In this document: positions 13,007 through 26,926 of the stretch, piece by piece
Numbering within the stretch: position 1 is the stretch's first letter
Layout of the letters: each line of letters starts with the position of its first letter
Source: Podarcis cretensis
Taxonomy: Eukaryota
Assembly (NCBI GenBank): GCA_951804945.1
Contig: OX638153.1
Span: 57,412,001 to 57,476,000, forward strand
Reading direction: 5' to 3'
Length of the DNA stretch: 64,000 nt
Notes under the pieces: generated by a model
Database searches by the model: none
What the model was told of the DNA's origin: nothing
The model's input: only the letters and a program-made list of their open reading frames with translations
Made by a program: the position numbers and the translations under genes

Positions 13007-13899
13007 CTAAAAAAGCAAAGAAGTTATTAGTTAATATAACTTACTATGATGTATGATACACAAAGCAAACAAAATAATACCATTAGACCCAATAGAAGCA
13101 AAAGTTTCCAGCTATTAGGTAAATAAGGAAATCTTTTTCCAAAGTGTTCATTTGGGAGAGACGACTGTTATTTTATCATTATTTATTAAAAATGTATGCC
13201 ACCCTTCATCCAAAGATCACAGGTCAGTTTACATAGATTACATAGCCAAGTATTTTTTTCCTATTTCTACCACTCACTTGTGCATTACTGTCTTACTTTG
13301 CTTTCTCTTAATTCACCAGGGCCTTTTTGGCACCTGCTTAAGAAGGACTGAGTCAGTGAATTCAGAGGTTTTCTAGCCCAGCGTATCATGCATGGACTTC
13401 AGGGTACAGCAGCACGCATGGAGTTCAATACATTGAAAATACAGTGATAAAACAGTTTTAAAATAGGTTTGATATACAGCAAACACAAATGAAACCCCAC
13501 AATAAGGTAGTTGAGGAAGAAGCTGGCGAGACTGGCAAATAAAGGATCATGCAAGGGTCGTGGGGAAGTGAAGTCCCAATATGCCTCTCAAGGTTAACAT
13601 CAATCCCACATGAACGTAACAAAAACAGTAGCAAAACTAGAAAACTAGCAGAAATATAGGGACTTATGAGCTCCTGGTTATTTGGGAACAAATTCATTCC
13701 GCTGAGGCTGACTTTGAAAAATAGAGGGGCAGAATTCAGGGACACATAGAGGAGCCTTACTCCATGCCAACAGTTCATTTGCTATTATGGAGAATGAGGG
13801 TCTTAGCTGAGGAATTGGGAGGGGGGAATTCCATAGAACTGTCCTATTTCTTGGGTGCTTAATAACTTACAGGAATTGCTTGGGGAAGGGTCTAGTAAG

Positions 13900-15100
13900 A
13901 GGCAATCACAAAGTTGGGGGTGGTGTCTGCCTGGTGGGAAGACTGTAGACTGGATAGACTTGCTGGATGGACTGTTAGATGGAGGAGTCAATGACCATTG
14001 TGCACACTGGCTGAGGAGTGGTTAAGTTGCATGGGCTTTTTTTCTGCCAGAACTCAGTTCCAGCAGCTCTCAGGCGGGCGCCATTGCCATTCGAAGAGAA
14101 CGAGGGAGGTGTTCATGCTGAGTTCTGGCACCTCTTTTTTCTAGAAAAATAGCTGAGTAGAACATTCAGTCAAAGCCCTCCAAGGTAGTATTTTCAGAAA
14201 TGCTCTCTCTTCCACATACAGGACCAGGTAGACTGATGGAACTGCAGGGCCCTAGTTCTTGGATGTGATAGTGGTATGAAGAGGAAGCGTATAGATTAAG
14301 GACATTTCTATCACACTATTGAGCAAAGCATTTTAGAGCAGTCATTTGCTAGACATTAGGGTCTCTTCTGGGACAAGCTGAGCCTGTACAAAAGAGGCAC
14401 CCTCCACTTCAACTGAAGTAACCAAACTGCTGGTGCTGAACATGAAAGAAGTCACAGAGCAGCTTTTAGACCTAACTTCTCAGGGTAAGCAAACAGGAGT
14501 TGAGGATCATCAAGTTCGGGATGATTTAACACTTAAGGATGATGATGTAAATGTTTTTCAGGTAAAGTGAAGGACAGAGTACAACTCTAAAATGAGTGTA
14601 CAGAGAAAAATGGTAGCTAGCAAAAACCCAAAGAGTGACTGAAGATATTGAACTAGAAAATGTCATTTGAAGAGAGATAGAATGTATAGGTGTTTATATG
14701 TTAACATTAAAGAAATCTCTTAACCATGATGGGAGAGTTTAAGAGCTTGGCAGCTAAACAAAACAGGTATCCTGGGCATATCAGAAACCTACTGTAAACA
14801 GAGAAAACCAGTAGATCATGCTTACAGAAAATCAAGAGAAAGCTCACATTAGGGCTCTCCTTCACTGAGGGAAGATCATTCAGTGGTAAACTTATTTTAA
14901 AACTCCTCCAATAATTTCGTCACATGAAAAAATGGTTAAAAAGTAATTTAGAACTATCATTTATTCACTAAAAACTTGGATGATCTTGAGATAAATAAAA
15001 ATTAGGGAGGCAGTAAACTTGGTGTAATAATGAAAGACAACTTCATTCACATTTACTGGGTTAAGTACTAGATGCAAGATGAAACAGTCTTTTAACTTCA
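13900..15100 (+). mobile_element. Decayed CR1 LINE: ORF1 (esterase-like) end and ORF2 endonuclease start
   Basis: Remnant peptides CLPGGKTVD, FWDKLSLYKRGTLHFN, KLLVLNMKEVTEQLL, then CLYVN and LGISETY. Many frameshifts; boundaries approximate. Confidence 0.65.
14031..14155. mobile_element. Short MITE-like element nested in the CR1 remnant
   Basis: Ends gggcttttttct... and ...agaaaaatagc; internal repeated agttc(c/t)(a/g)gca(g/c)ctct. Confidence 0.55.
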
Positions 15101-16242
15101 TTCTAGTTTTTGTTGCTGTAAAAAAAACACACCCCCATTTTTGATGTTGATTGTTCCTCAAAATGTCTCTCAAATCCATTTTTAGTCCATGTAAGAAGTG
15201 TGCCAAGGCTTCCTGCGTGGTTTTAAGATTCTAGGTAACTGTGCAGTCCCCGAGCCAGCTGTCTTTCTGGCCCTGACCAAGAGGCAGTTGCCAACTCCTC
15301 ATATGATGAACCAAACTTCTCATTGACCTAAGACTTTGGGGAATGGAGAGGGTTCCCCACTGCCAACCCTGAAGACTGTTATGAAGCACCCCTAAAAATA
15401 AATATGAAGCATGCCTAAAAATAATTTTTCTATAGTAGCTTGCACCTTAAAAGGAAGTTTCAGTTTTGGCCAGGGGAGGCCCCAAGACATACTCCATTTC
15501 AGAAAACCAGGTGTGCACGTTCCAAGTTGGTTGTGTTATCTCCTTTGACTGTAAATTTCTGCCACCCTCCCCTTATCCTTTGTCAATTTAAAAATAAACT
15601 ACTATTGTAACTTTCATTACAACACAGCCTTCTAATTCTGAGACTACAAAACTTCAGCAGTAAGAATTAAACAACAGGGCAGTTTTGGCAGTAGAAGTAG
15701 GAAAGGCTGTTCTACAAGCAGACAAACCTTGACTGGAGTCAACAGGTACTGTGAGAATTAGGATTATTTGCTTTTCATGGCAATGAATGAATGTTAGGGA
15801 GGATTACCTTATGATATGCACATGAAAAACCATTAGCAGCCCCACAGGAGTCATATAAATGCTCTTACCACAATGTAAGGCTGTCAAGTAAGCAGTAAAA
15901 AACTACAGAAGGTGTCATTACGGACAGTCTATGTCTACATTCAGTAGACTATAAGGGATAGGAATTCCGTCGGAATTTTGCCAAGACATCAACAACTGCC
16001 AGGGGAGTGACTAGCATAGATGTCCTAAAATAGAACATTCAATCTTTACCATCCCCAGTGCTCCGACCACATAATCTTGGGGTGGCCACATGAAGGACTT
16101 TCAAGGACTGGGTGATAACAGCAAAGAAAACATGAGCCCTGGATTTATAGCCAAGAAACCAGGCCATCAAACCATCAACCAAGCAAATCAACCCCCTGAA
16201 TACAGAAAGAGTCCCTTTGGATATTAGAGTTAAGAAACTTAC

Positions 16243-16311
16243 TTCCTCTGAAGAATTCAGATCTTCTAGGTCTTCCAGCATTCTTTCCACAAACTCTTCA
16301 GTCAGCAGGAT
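16243..16311 (-). CDS. SUFU: SUFU coding exon 11 (69 nt): ILLTEEFVERMLEDLEDLNSSEE
   Basis: Contained in ORF 16039..16317; gcAG acceptor, GTAAGT donor. Confidence 0.98.
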
Positions 16312-16969
16312 CTGCAAAAGGGAGAAACAGTAGTTTTATTCTTTTACGCTCCAAGCTTCACCTAATTGCCAAGCAACAGACTCTTTCTTAGTGCACAGAG
16401 AAGAATCTGTACTGTTGTTCATACAGAAATTCACAAAGCCCTTGGAGGTCGGTTTGTTTCCTCCCCTAGTACCTACAAAATGCTGCAATTATTAGGGAAT
16501 CTAGTTGTATCATCAATTCTCTCCCTGTGTCAAAAACTGAAAGCTTTGATTCAGAGAAGAAGAAAAGCTAAGAATTGTGAAGAGAGATCACATTATCTGA
16601 AAAGACAGGCAATAGGAGAAAGGAGGTGCTTTTTGTCTGAAACACCATGAGCTAGCCTTAGGCTTCAATGAACTGATAGGAGGAAGAGGAGCAAGATACT
16701 ATTAGCCTGCAAACACATTTCCTACCAAATGGGTCAAATAATCTAACCTTCAAAGAACTTCTTTGTTAAATCATGCCTGAAATACCAAGACGTAATCCAG
16801 CGCTAATAGACAAAAGATATACCTGCCCTAGCTCAAATCATGTTTCTCCTGCAAGGGTCAGATAAACCAGATACACAAGGGCATTTAGGCATAGCAGCAA
16901 AAACCCTTATCTCCTACCCATGTCTTCACCCTCAAGAGTTCCTACTGCATGGCTTTTAAGGAGACTGTA

Positions 16970-17336
16970 CGCTGTGGGTTAAAGCCTCAGCGCCTAGGGC
17001 TTGCCGATCGAAAGGTCGGCGGTTCGAATCCCTGCGGCGGGGTGCGCTCCCGCTGCTCGGTCCCAGCGCCTGCCAACCTAGCAGTTCGAAAGCACCTCCG
17101 GGTGCAAGTAGATAAATAGGGACCGCTTACCAGCGGGAAGGTAAACGGCGTTTCCATGTGCAGCTCTGGCTCTGGCTCTGGCTCTGGCCAGAGCAGCGAT
17201 GTCACGCTGGCCACGTGACCCGGAAGTGTCTCCGGACAGCGCTGGCCCCTGGCCTCTTAAGTGAGATGGGCGCACAACCCCAGAGTCTGTCAAGACTGGC
17301 CCGTACGGGCAGGGGTACCTTTACCTTTACCTTTAC
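16970..17336 (+). mobile_element. Sauria SINE, young subfamily, slightly 5'-truncated
   Basis: B box GGTTCGAATCC, body gtgcaagtagataaatagg, (ACCTTT)n tail; CpGs intact. Confidence 0.95.
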
Positions 17337-19335
17337 AGTTAGCTATTATCAATAATATCTTTTTCACAGCATTCCTTAAATTCAGCACTGTTCCTGCAGT
17401 GGCGGCACCACACTGCACTAGAAATCGCATGCATTTGATGTGCATGATATTAAAGGTGACATCTGCAGCAAATCAACATCACAGGCTGTCATAGCTCTAG
17501 GCACCTCATTTAATTTCTTCTGGGATTTAGAAGCTTAGAAGTTGAAATTGAACAAATAGGCCCTGTTCTTTGAAAAATGTTCAACTTGAACTGAGCACCA
17601 CCTTTTGAGAATATTTAAGAGCTCCTAACAACAGGACACTATGAAGAGACTGGTAGCAGACAGTAGCCATTTATTCCCCTATTGGGGGGGATTCCCTGTA
17701 GGAAAATGATAGGAAAATCTGAGATAACTATCTCTGTTGTTCTACACACATTCAAAACTCTCATCCAAGAGGATCTTTTCCTCCCAGGGAAACTTTCAGC
17801 TACAACTAACATGGTAAACAGTCCCTAGAGCAGCAAACAGTCCCTAGGCTATCAAATGGTACTCACTATGAGGCTTTTGAAATGCCACAACACTTCAATA
17901 GACCTGGTGGCATTGTGCAAACAGTTCCTGCCTCACTAGCCTGCTGTAACTGGTTTCTCAAGCTAGGACATGGTTCTGCCTTTGTATGGAGACTGTTTGT
18001 AAAACATACAACACCCCCCTCTACCTTACAAGTGTGCTCCGCCTTTAGCAACCGATGCTAGGTTTTCTAGGCTCAGGCAAACAGTGGACATATCTGGACA
18101 GCAATAACTAGAAATATGCTTTGGGAAAGACCACAGCAGGGTATGAAAACAGCCCTCCTCTGCTGTTTGCACCTCAGCTAGAGATGTTCAGAGAAAGACA
18201 ACCTCTGAGATTGGGAGGCTCTGTTTAGCTATCACATTATGCAGTGATACACCCATCCTCCATAAGTGTGCCACTCTCATTTTAAAGTCATCTAAGCCTG
18301 TGGCCCTCACTACATCTTGCAGCACTGAATTACACTAGGCAAGAGGGAACAATGAGAATACTGTGCAAACACAGAAATGATGCTTTACGTTTATGGAGAA
18401 GACATGTTTGTATTTTGAGGCTATTTCCCCCATCATGCAGGATCAGCAGTTAGGAATTTGAATCTCACTTTCATTGACCAAGAGCACTTAAAAAAACACA
18501 ACTGAACTCACATTTCTTGTGTACAATGAAGGCTTGGCATATACTATGCAATGACAAAATAGGAAAGCTGCAACATTTTCTAAAAATGTAAAAAAAGAAG
18601 AAGCAGAGGTATGAGTGGCATGCCCAGCAAAACCTCTCTCTCATCCATTGGAGGGAGTCTCTACAGCAAGGCTAAAGGAAACTGGAGGTTTTGAGGAAGC
18701 AAAGGTAACTCTATAGGTCTGGTTGTTGATGCCAAGAAACAATAACAAATTCCTTAAAATTACATTATATGAACTAATGTTAACAGGAAAAACTTGGCTG
18801 GCCAACAATAGATGTTCTCTGAAAAAAGGGTTTGTCTGCACTGGTTGTTACCCAACCCCAGATGTATCCTGGAAACATTCTCATTCTAGTAGTCAATCTC
18901 ATACAGCAGGGGTGGGGAACCAATGTGGCCCATGAGGCCATTTATCCCAAACCACGCCTACCTGCCAATGTCAGTAGATCAGTGGGAGGATGGGGTTTAA
19001 GTCTGGCTTGGCTGTGTATCCTGTTCCCAGCAGGATGTAATCTCTGCTCAATTGCCCATGAGTGGGAATTATATCCTGTTCAGAAGTGCTGTTTGAGGCA
19101 GCGCATGTTCTTCTCCTACAAGTACGCAGGCAACAGCAGCAATGTGGGGAAGATAGGTCTCTCACACTCTCCCCCCTGCCACTACCACCTGCTCACAAGA
19201 GAAGTGTGCAAGTGGCTTCAAACAGTGCTTTTGAGAAGCCCCATGCTCCTGTTTCAGCAAAGAGTTGCATAAAAGCACTGTTTAAAGGAGAATGGGGATG
19301 GATATTTCAAATAGCGCTTTTGGAACTCAGTAAAA

Positions 19336-19688
19336 GGACGCGGGTGGCGCTGCGGGTTAAACCACAGAGCCTAGGACTTGCCGATCAGAAGGTCGGCGGT
19401 TCGAATCCCCGCGACGGGGTGAGCTCCCGTTGCTCGGTCCCTGCTCCTGCCAACCTAGCAGTTCAAAAGCACATCAAAGTGCAAGTAGATAAATAGGTAC
19501 CGCTCCGGCGGGAAGGTAAACGGCATTTCTGTGCGCTGCTCTGGTTCACCAGAAGCGGCTTAGTCATGCTGGCCACATGACCCGGAAGCTGTACACCGGC
19601 TCCCTTGGCCAATAAAGCGAGATGAGCGTCGCAACCCAGAGTCGGCCACGACTGGACCTAACGCTCAGGGGTCCCTTCACCTTTACCT
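19336..19688 (+). mobile_element. Sauria SINE, second subfamily
   Basis: ggacgcgggtggcgctg head, B box, ACCTTT tail. Confidence 0.95.
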
Positions 19689-20439
19689 AGCAGCAAGCAT
19701 GAAGGAAGAACGATCCTCCTAAGAACTGGGCTTTCGGTGCATGTGAGGGCTCTTTGCTGAGTAGGATGAAAGGGCAAGCGAACCTGTTTGGTGCAGGAAT
19801 GCAAGAGTGCACCCTGCAGGGAGCTCTCTCACATGCCTGAAATTAGCATTAAAAGAATCCCCCTCCCTAAGCACTGGCTAATGTGAAGGGTGAGCAATCC
19901 TGCTTGCTCTTCGAAACAGCAGCAAGTGAGGCTTCTCTGCTTTTGCTTGCAAAATATAGCTTTATTTCTCTAACCCCAAATCAAGTGAAGGGGAGAGGAG
20001 AAACAAAGCTAGGTTTTGCCATCCTTCTCCCTTGATCCAGGTACCCCAAAGGCTATATTTCCAACACACATTGTCTGACTTCTTCAACTATGCTAGAATC
20101 CACCGACCTGTCCCTCTGTACACAACTTCCTCAGCCTACAATGATGATATGATGACCACGGACATAACAGAAATGTGGTAGGTGGCTGAAGTGCCACAGC
20201 AAAACAGCATTTTTTTGGGTAGGGAGAGACAATGCTGCTGCAGCTTCTATGGAGGAAGAGTGTTTTGTGGGAACAAGCAGTTTGTTGTTGGAATCCTGGT
20301 AATTATTTCACTTATAAAAGTTGCCACGTTAGACCATTCTTGCTGTGACATATTCACACCATCTAAAACCTGAGGAAGTATTTTTTGTCCTTCCGAACGA
20401 TTGTTTAAGCCACTAAATGGAATCACACAAACTAAGGTT

Positions 20440-21705
20440 TATTAAATTAGGTTGATGGTCTGAACATGGACCTGGACCTGGACCACTTCAAGCACCCAGT
20501 TCACTTTCTGGACACCAGTGTGTTTTTATGCAATAAAAATACAAGCATCACCTTATGCCAGAAACCCACTGCACATTTGTAATCTAACTTTCACCACAAA
20601 GACACCACAAGATCCACTGTCCATAGCCAAGTCTTATTAAGAGAACTGCATCTGTTCCAACTTGTTGGACAGGGACTCACACCTTTAGGATTTACATCAG
20701 GCATTTCTTAAACTATTAACACCCACCCAATGAAGTGAAAAAGCAGGATCATCAAGGTTATACTTGTATCCAGAAATAATCTACTACAGGAAAATCCCGT
20801 AAGGGGGAAAAATTGACAGAACACTACCTGTCATGTACAGCTCACAAGTAAACCATGTCTGCATAATGTCAAGGATCTACAGGCCATCCTGAACAATGAT
20901 ACTGTTTTCTCACAGGTCTTGAGTTGACTTATCCTTGCTTAAAGATAGCTACTCTCAAATTCAAGGTTCTGGTTAACATAGAAAGCCCGGAATAGTTGGG
21001 GCTCTGACTACCAGAAGGAGTGCCTCTCCTGCCCAGGGTCTGATATTTGCTGAGATCTTTTTAAGTAGCTGTACATGGACACAGACCCTACTGCAACCCT
21101 AGATGCCGGAGTGTTTTTTAGGACAAAGTTGATGCACTACTGTAAGACATAACGTTAAGGACTCGTGCACCTGCTCATATTCCTTTGTAATATATTGTCA
21201 CCTGCCAGCAATGTCCTTCTACATAAAGGTCAGTCTCTATGCAAAAGACGAAATGTTCGCAAATCAGACACTAGAAATGGCAGCATTCAGAAACCAGTAA
21301 GAGTACATTTCAACATCCCAGAGCCCTGTTACTAACCTGAAAAATTGCATTCTCTGAAATTATTTTATAAGGAGACTCCAGCGTGAAATTGTTGAATTAG
21401 AACCAAGAAGTCCAAGTCTGTTCAGGCTTGAATACAGACAATAGTTTCCTGTTCAGTACAAATGTTAACTAACAATTGCAAAACTTAGGATAATTATATT
21501 ATCATCAATTGCTGCCTTTGTGAATGTTTTCGCCCTTCTCTTCAGGTTTATAGTTGTGACAATTTTATGTACTTGTTGCTGTTCAACGCCATTTGGCCCC
21601 CCTTTCTCTCTCTCTCTCCCTTCTCTATTCCCATACTGCCAACTGTGTATAATACTACGTGTATCTGATGAAGTGGACTCCAGCCCACGAACACTTATGC
21701 TAATA
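20440..21705 (+). mobile_element. Decayed Penelope-like element (RT thumb, GIY-YIG endonuclease, 3' pLTR-like end)
   Basis: Remnant peptides VHFLDTSV, TLCQKPT, TTRSTVHSQ, CQQCPS, KSDTRNGSIQKPVRVHFNIP, RRLQREIVELE, GLNTDNSFL. Ends in a hammerhead-like motif. Confidence 0.8.
21659..21700 (+). ncRNA. Degenerate minimal hammerhead ribozyme of the Penelope element (probably inactive)
   Basis: GTAT-CTGATGA-AGTGGACTCCAGCCCAC-GAAC-ACTTATGC. Core CTGATGA and stem II present; GAAA mutated to GAAC. Confidence 0.6.
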
Positions 21706-24700
21706 GAACACTGATGCCATGGGACCCTTTGTTTCCAATTCTCTGCAATGTACCTACCCAATTCTGGACAGACATTGCCAAGAACAGTGCCTCCTTCCCT
21801 CCAACAGCGGAGGGGAGGGAGGGAGGCCTGCATCTTCATACTGCTAATGGACCTTCTTATATGAATAGCAGCCAGGAATTTAATGGGGCAAGAGCTTGCA
21901 AACTTGAGAGAGCTGACTGTTTCTTCTCTTGCTAAAAATGGAATGGTGCGGCAGAGTCATTCAAGCTTAGACTGTAGAATCAACCCTATGCTGGTCCCTA
22001 GAGAGGCTAAACATGGCTTAATAGTGCCTCTCAACACCTACCAGAGGGTAAGGCACTATTGCCTTGTTTTGCTTCAACAAACTTAGGGGATGATTTGCAC
22101 AGTGCTATGTATGTACACAAATCTTGAGAAAGTGATAAAACTGCTAAATGCTTGCCTCTGGATAGCCTTACTAGAACAGAGCAATTGTACAATATATTAA
22201 GTCAGCTCTCTAAGTTTGTTCAAGCAACAAGTAAAGCAGTTTGTGGTGGGTGTTGGTAATAGTGTTGGAATGTGCTTGTCACAATCATCACACTTCCCCT
22301 GTACACTACTCAAGGGAGACTTGAGGAAATGACACAAAAGACTCAACCTATATTGTTCCACAAACCTTTAGCATGTATTGGTATTCCCAACATGCCACTG
22401 AGACTTGGGGAACTTTAAAGAAAAAAATTGTCATTATTTTATTGAACAAGAAATTACTCTTCAGAGGTAATCTCAAAAACTGCATGTCAGAGACCCTTAT
22501 TTTCTTATGAAATGCTTGGATAAGGATTTTTATGAAGAGAAATCCTTCTTTATCAACGTAACAGAATTTTTTGGGCATGAAACCTACATGAAACCTAAGA
22601 GTGATTCAATGCACATCAAAGACATGGACCTTTCAAAAAGGTACATCAAGCTCCCTGCTCTAAAAATAAAAACCCAAGTCAAGGTCTGTTAGGGATTAGC
22701 CTTCTGTTAAATATTAAAGAAAAGTAGCTAACAGGAGGCAAAAATGGCTGAATAGCAGGACATTCCAAGGACTGGTTTTGAGTCTGGCTGGTTACAACTT
22801 ATGTTTGCTTTTTTCACCTGATGCTATGGTTTTCACCTGTTTTGCCATGTTTGTGACTTGTTTCCCTATGCTGTTGCATACCACCTTGGGACCCTACATG
22901 ACAAAGGGTTAAATAAATAAAATATGTGTTACAGCTGTTGCTATTATTACTGTTATATAGCCAAAGCTTGAGAAGAACTTGATTAGCAAGGGTGATCAAC
23001 AAAATGGCAGACTGAAACCTTAATAGTGACTTCAATGTGCACAGTGGAGCTTCTCACTTCCCATGCCAGGCCTGGTTCAAGTGCTGCCCTGCATACTTGC
23101 TTGACAAGCCAAATGCCAGGCACTTTTGAATGCGGTATGAGCAGTGGCTGCTGCAATTTCTTGTGTATTTCTTCCCAATGTTCACATATGCAGCTACACT
23201 TAGACAACACCAAGCGCAGAATTAGTTGTTACCACTACTTAAAAGGCAGTACCCATTTCTCACAGTGGCCAGCTCCTGGGAAGATGGCAAACACAACATA
23301 AAGGCAAGAGCCCTCCAACACTGTTGCTCCCAAGCATATTGTTGTATTCACTGGCATACTGCCTCTTAACATGGCTCATGGGCACAGCCGGGAGGGGGAA
23401 GCTGCCTCTCCCATTAAGTAAATAAATAAAAGTACTTAACTAAAAGTCGAAACTGTAGAAAGATTTTTGACAGATTTTTCTGAGCAAAAGAAAGTGATTT
23501 AAAACAGTTGTTGAGACATTTCATTCCAAATCTGCCAGACAGAGGATGATGACAGGTGGGTGTCCTGCCTCCCCCCGCAACATAAATCCTGCCTATGCCT
23601 ATGGCATGGTTGTTTCATACACCCATTATGGCTTACACCTGTTGAGATGCCTATGCTCTGCAACTAATAGGAAGTTAAATTTTATTTGGAAACAGATAAC
23701 ACACAGCAACATCAAGAGGAGACATTTTTTACACTGCTCATACCTGTAGGCATAATCAGGCATGGCAGCAGCCTTCTTTGGTTATTAGATTTTTATCACT
23801 GCCTAAATTGTAGGAAGTGATTGTGTCAAGGAGGGGAATTTTTGTATTTGTGGAGGCTCCTTATAGGGGAAAGTATGGTTCCAAAATGTGCTGGAAGCCT
23901 CCATAGATATTAAAGGCTCCCCCACTAGACACAGTCACATTTTACAAAGTGGAACACGACAAAAACTGATGAAGGCCAGAGCTAGAATACTCATCCCTAA
24001 CAGCCCCTGTTTCCTTACCCACATTTCTTACATCTGAAGGCAGATAGTGTTGCTATTTTTAATACTTTAATAATAGCTGGGAGGGGGTGGCAGGGGAGAT
24101 CTAACGAGAATCATAGAACTGGAGTGTGTTTTAACCACTTTCTCCACACCATTCTTTCTGTGGGTCAAAACATGCAGATATTAGAAAGGTATTAATTTCT
24201 GCCCAAGACAAATGACAGCCCCAGGGAGAGGCATTATCCCTTTCCTCTTACACTGTAGTTTCAAGGGGGGAGGCATGGCTGTGACTATTAAAATACTGTT
24301 TAAAAAACCAGCTGCCTACTGTTGTATCTAGTCTGGCTCTGAGCTGTAGAACTTTTCTCACCAGCAGCATAGTAACACCCAAAAGCAAAACCATGTTACA
24401 AAAGATGGCTAAACATGTTAAAGAGACTATAAATTACAGGACTGCTTTTCAAATGAGTTTTCGCCTAGATGAAGGTGAGGTCAGGCTCAGCACACCAGTT
24501 TCTCCAACATGTGTATTTACAGCAAAATGAACATTTGTGCCAGTTTCAAAATAATGATGTTCGCCATTTTTCTTACCTTTCACATTACAGTATATTGTTA
24601 GATGTAAACATACAAATTCAGAGTGGGCAAGCAACAACTATGCATTTGCAAATGCCTGTTAAGCAGATAAAGACACAATGGAGCCAAGAGAGGGGTGGTC

Positions 24701-26926
24701 CTTTAATAAAGCAAAGGCACTGGCAAATGCATGAGTGCTGCTACACAAAGAATGAAGCAGCCATTTTATTATTTCAGAAAAGGGACTGTCTTAATGCAAG
24801 TTCTGTCTTAGCTTTCTAATGCTTTGACTATTCCTAACACCATGGACTGACAGATGCTAGAAGAAAACAGGAAGAAATGGAAAATGCCGTTTTAATAGCT
24901 CCAATGCTATTAAAATTTTTGTATGTGGTTTCTATGACAGAAAGCCCATTACACAACACTGGATAGGCTATTTGTTTGACCCAGCATGGCTGTTTTAATG
25001 CTCACCTGAAGCATTCACTCTGCCCCCAGGAAGAGGTTTGCCTTAGCAATATCTTCAGAAAGAGGTGCTGATGCTTTTGGCAGCCATTATTCCAGAGGAG
25101 GTGAAACCGTTGCTGGAAGCCTTTGATCATGTACAGCATTAGTAGGAGTGTTACACATCAGAGACACTGCCACAGTAACTAACATACAAACAGAAGCTTA
25201 GTGCTAACAAATGAGACTTCTTGCTTGCTTAGCATCTTTGTGGCTCAAAGTGATTTTCTCATTGAACAATACCGGAGACAGTGGAAGGTGTTAGGGAATT
25301 AAGCTAGGCTGACACAAGGAATCCTGAAGTTTCAGCTTTGTGTAACTGATTAGCAGGTATAAAAAACTTGTAGAAAAGTTTTCTTCGTTGACTTTAATAT
25401 GTAATGCTAAAAAACCTCAAATTTTGTGGCCAAAAAACCTTAATTTGCTATGAGATTATTATAAAATCTAAATAATATTAAGTTGCACTCCTCCCCCCAA
25501 TACTATTTGGGGGAGCATATAGATTCCTAAACAATCTGGAATTGTGTGTTGCAAGTTGGTGTTAGGGAGCTCAGCAAGTTCTGAGCTTAAAAAGGTATGC
25601 AACTGCAAGAGAGTATTTAAAAAGATATTGAGGAAGGACTATGAGCTGTACTGAGGGCAGAAGGCTCACTTTATGACTAATGGATGCTCTCTGTGTGAAA
25701 AATGGATAGTACATGCATCAAGTACTAGCAATGGTAGCTTTCGGGGGGGGGGGGATCCGAACTTTTGGTGTGGAAGCTAAATCCAAACATGACAGAAGCC
25801 TTATTTGGGTGTTCAATCACCTCACATGTAAGCAAAGTGGGGCCAAGTGTTGAACTCAAACCATGAAGTCAAACAAAATGGGGTCTGTAGTCACTGCAAG
25901 TCAGTTCATCAGTGGCAGCTGCAAGCCCCACTTCCAGCAGGAACTGGCTGCACTCATGAGATCATGTGTAGAACCAATCCCAGAAGTGGATTTGACACCC
26001 ATTTTAAAAGGCACCAAATAAAAGCCTCCTCCCAATGCAGCTGTGTCCTTTTACCTGCCTCACACCTGACATGTGACGTCAAATGTGGGGTAAGTGGACA
26101 TGGATTGGGGGAAATTGCCTCCAGAGGTATCTCGCCGCTGCTGTAATCCATTGGACGTGTGGCTGTCTTTCAACAATGTTCACTGAGGCAGAGTGTGTGC
26201 CTATTAACAGATACTGACTGCCAGGGATTTTATTATTTCAGAGTTAAAACATCTAGACTGGATTTCAGTTTGCTTCCAAGGTTTTGTTTGTTTGTTTTTA
26301 CCAGAGAAGTGAGTAGTTTGCTTCCAAGTTAAATGCAAAATACTGGGTTATGTTTTGTTTTCCTTTTAAAGCCTTAAACAGGCTAAGGTCAGAGTATCTA
26401 AGAGCAGCCCTGCTGGATCAGACAAGGGGATGAGCTGCTTTTTCTTGCTCAATTTAATTCACCTTCGCCTTGGCAAGATTAGTACTTAAAGTGGAGCTAA
26501 TCAATTCTTGGTAAACACACCTTGTTCCTGTAGAAGTATGACCTTAGGGTTTTTGGCAGCTGATTTTCTGTAAGGTAGTAGTAATAGAAGGAAAAGGTGC
26601 TTGGGAAACATGAGTGCCATATTTCCAAAAAAAGGCATACAAAACACTGGTTGACCTCTGTGTCAAGATTCAGAGAGCACAGCTGGATTGCTGACTGCTA
26701 AAAGGTTTAAAGATCTTTCTATAAGGATGTACATTGTATTTAATTTATAGCTGAACATTTACATTTCATCAAGTTCAGAATCAAGAAAAGTCCAAGCTGG
26801 ATCTTCCTTAGTTAAGTCACGTGCTCACCTTTATATCCACATGCTCACCTTAATATCCATCCTTGCTATCACAATTTCCTGGTGGTTTTTACATTAGGAA
26901 ACATAATATAATCCTCTACATGTCTA

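Noticed and set aside
16987-17494. ORFs duplicated at 26869-27090, 19062-19496 and 51752-51952
   Set aside because: Translations of Sauria SINE sequence.
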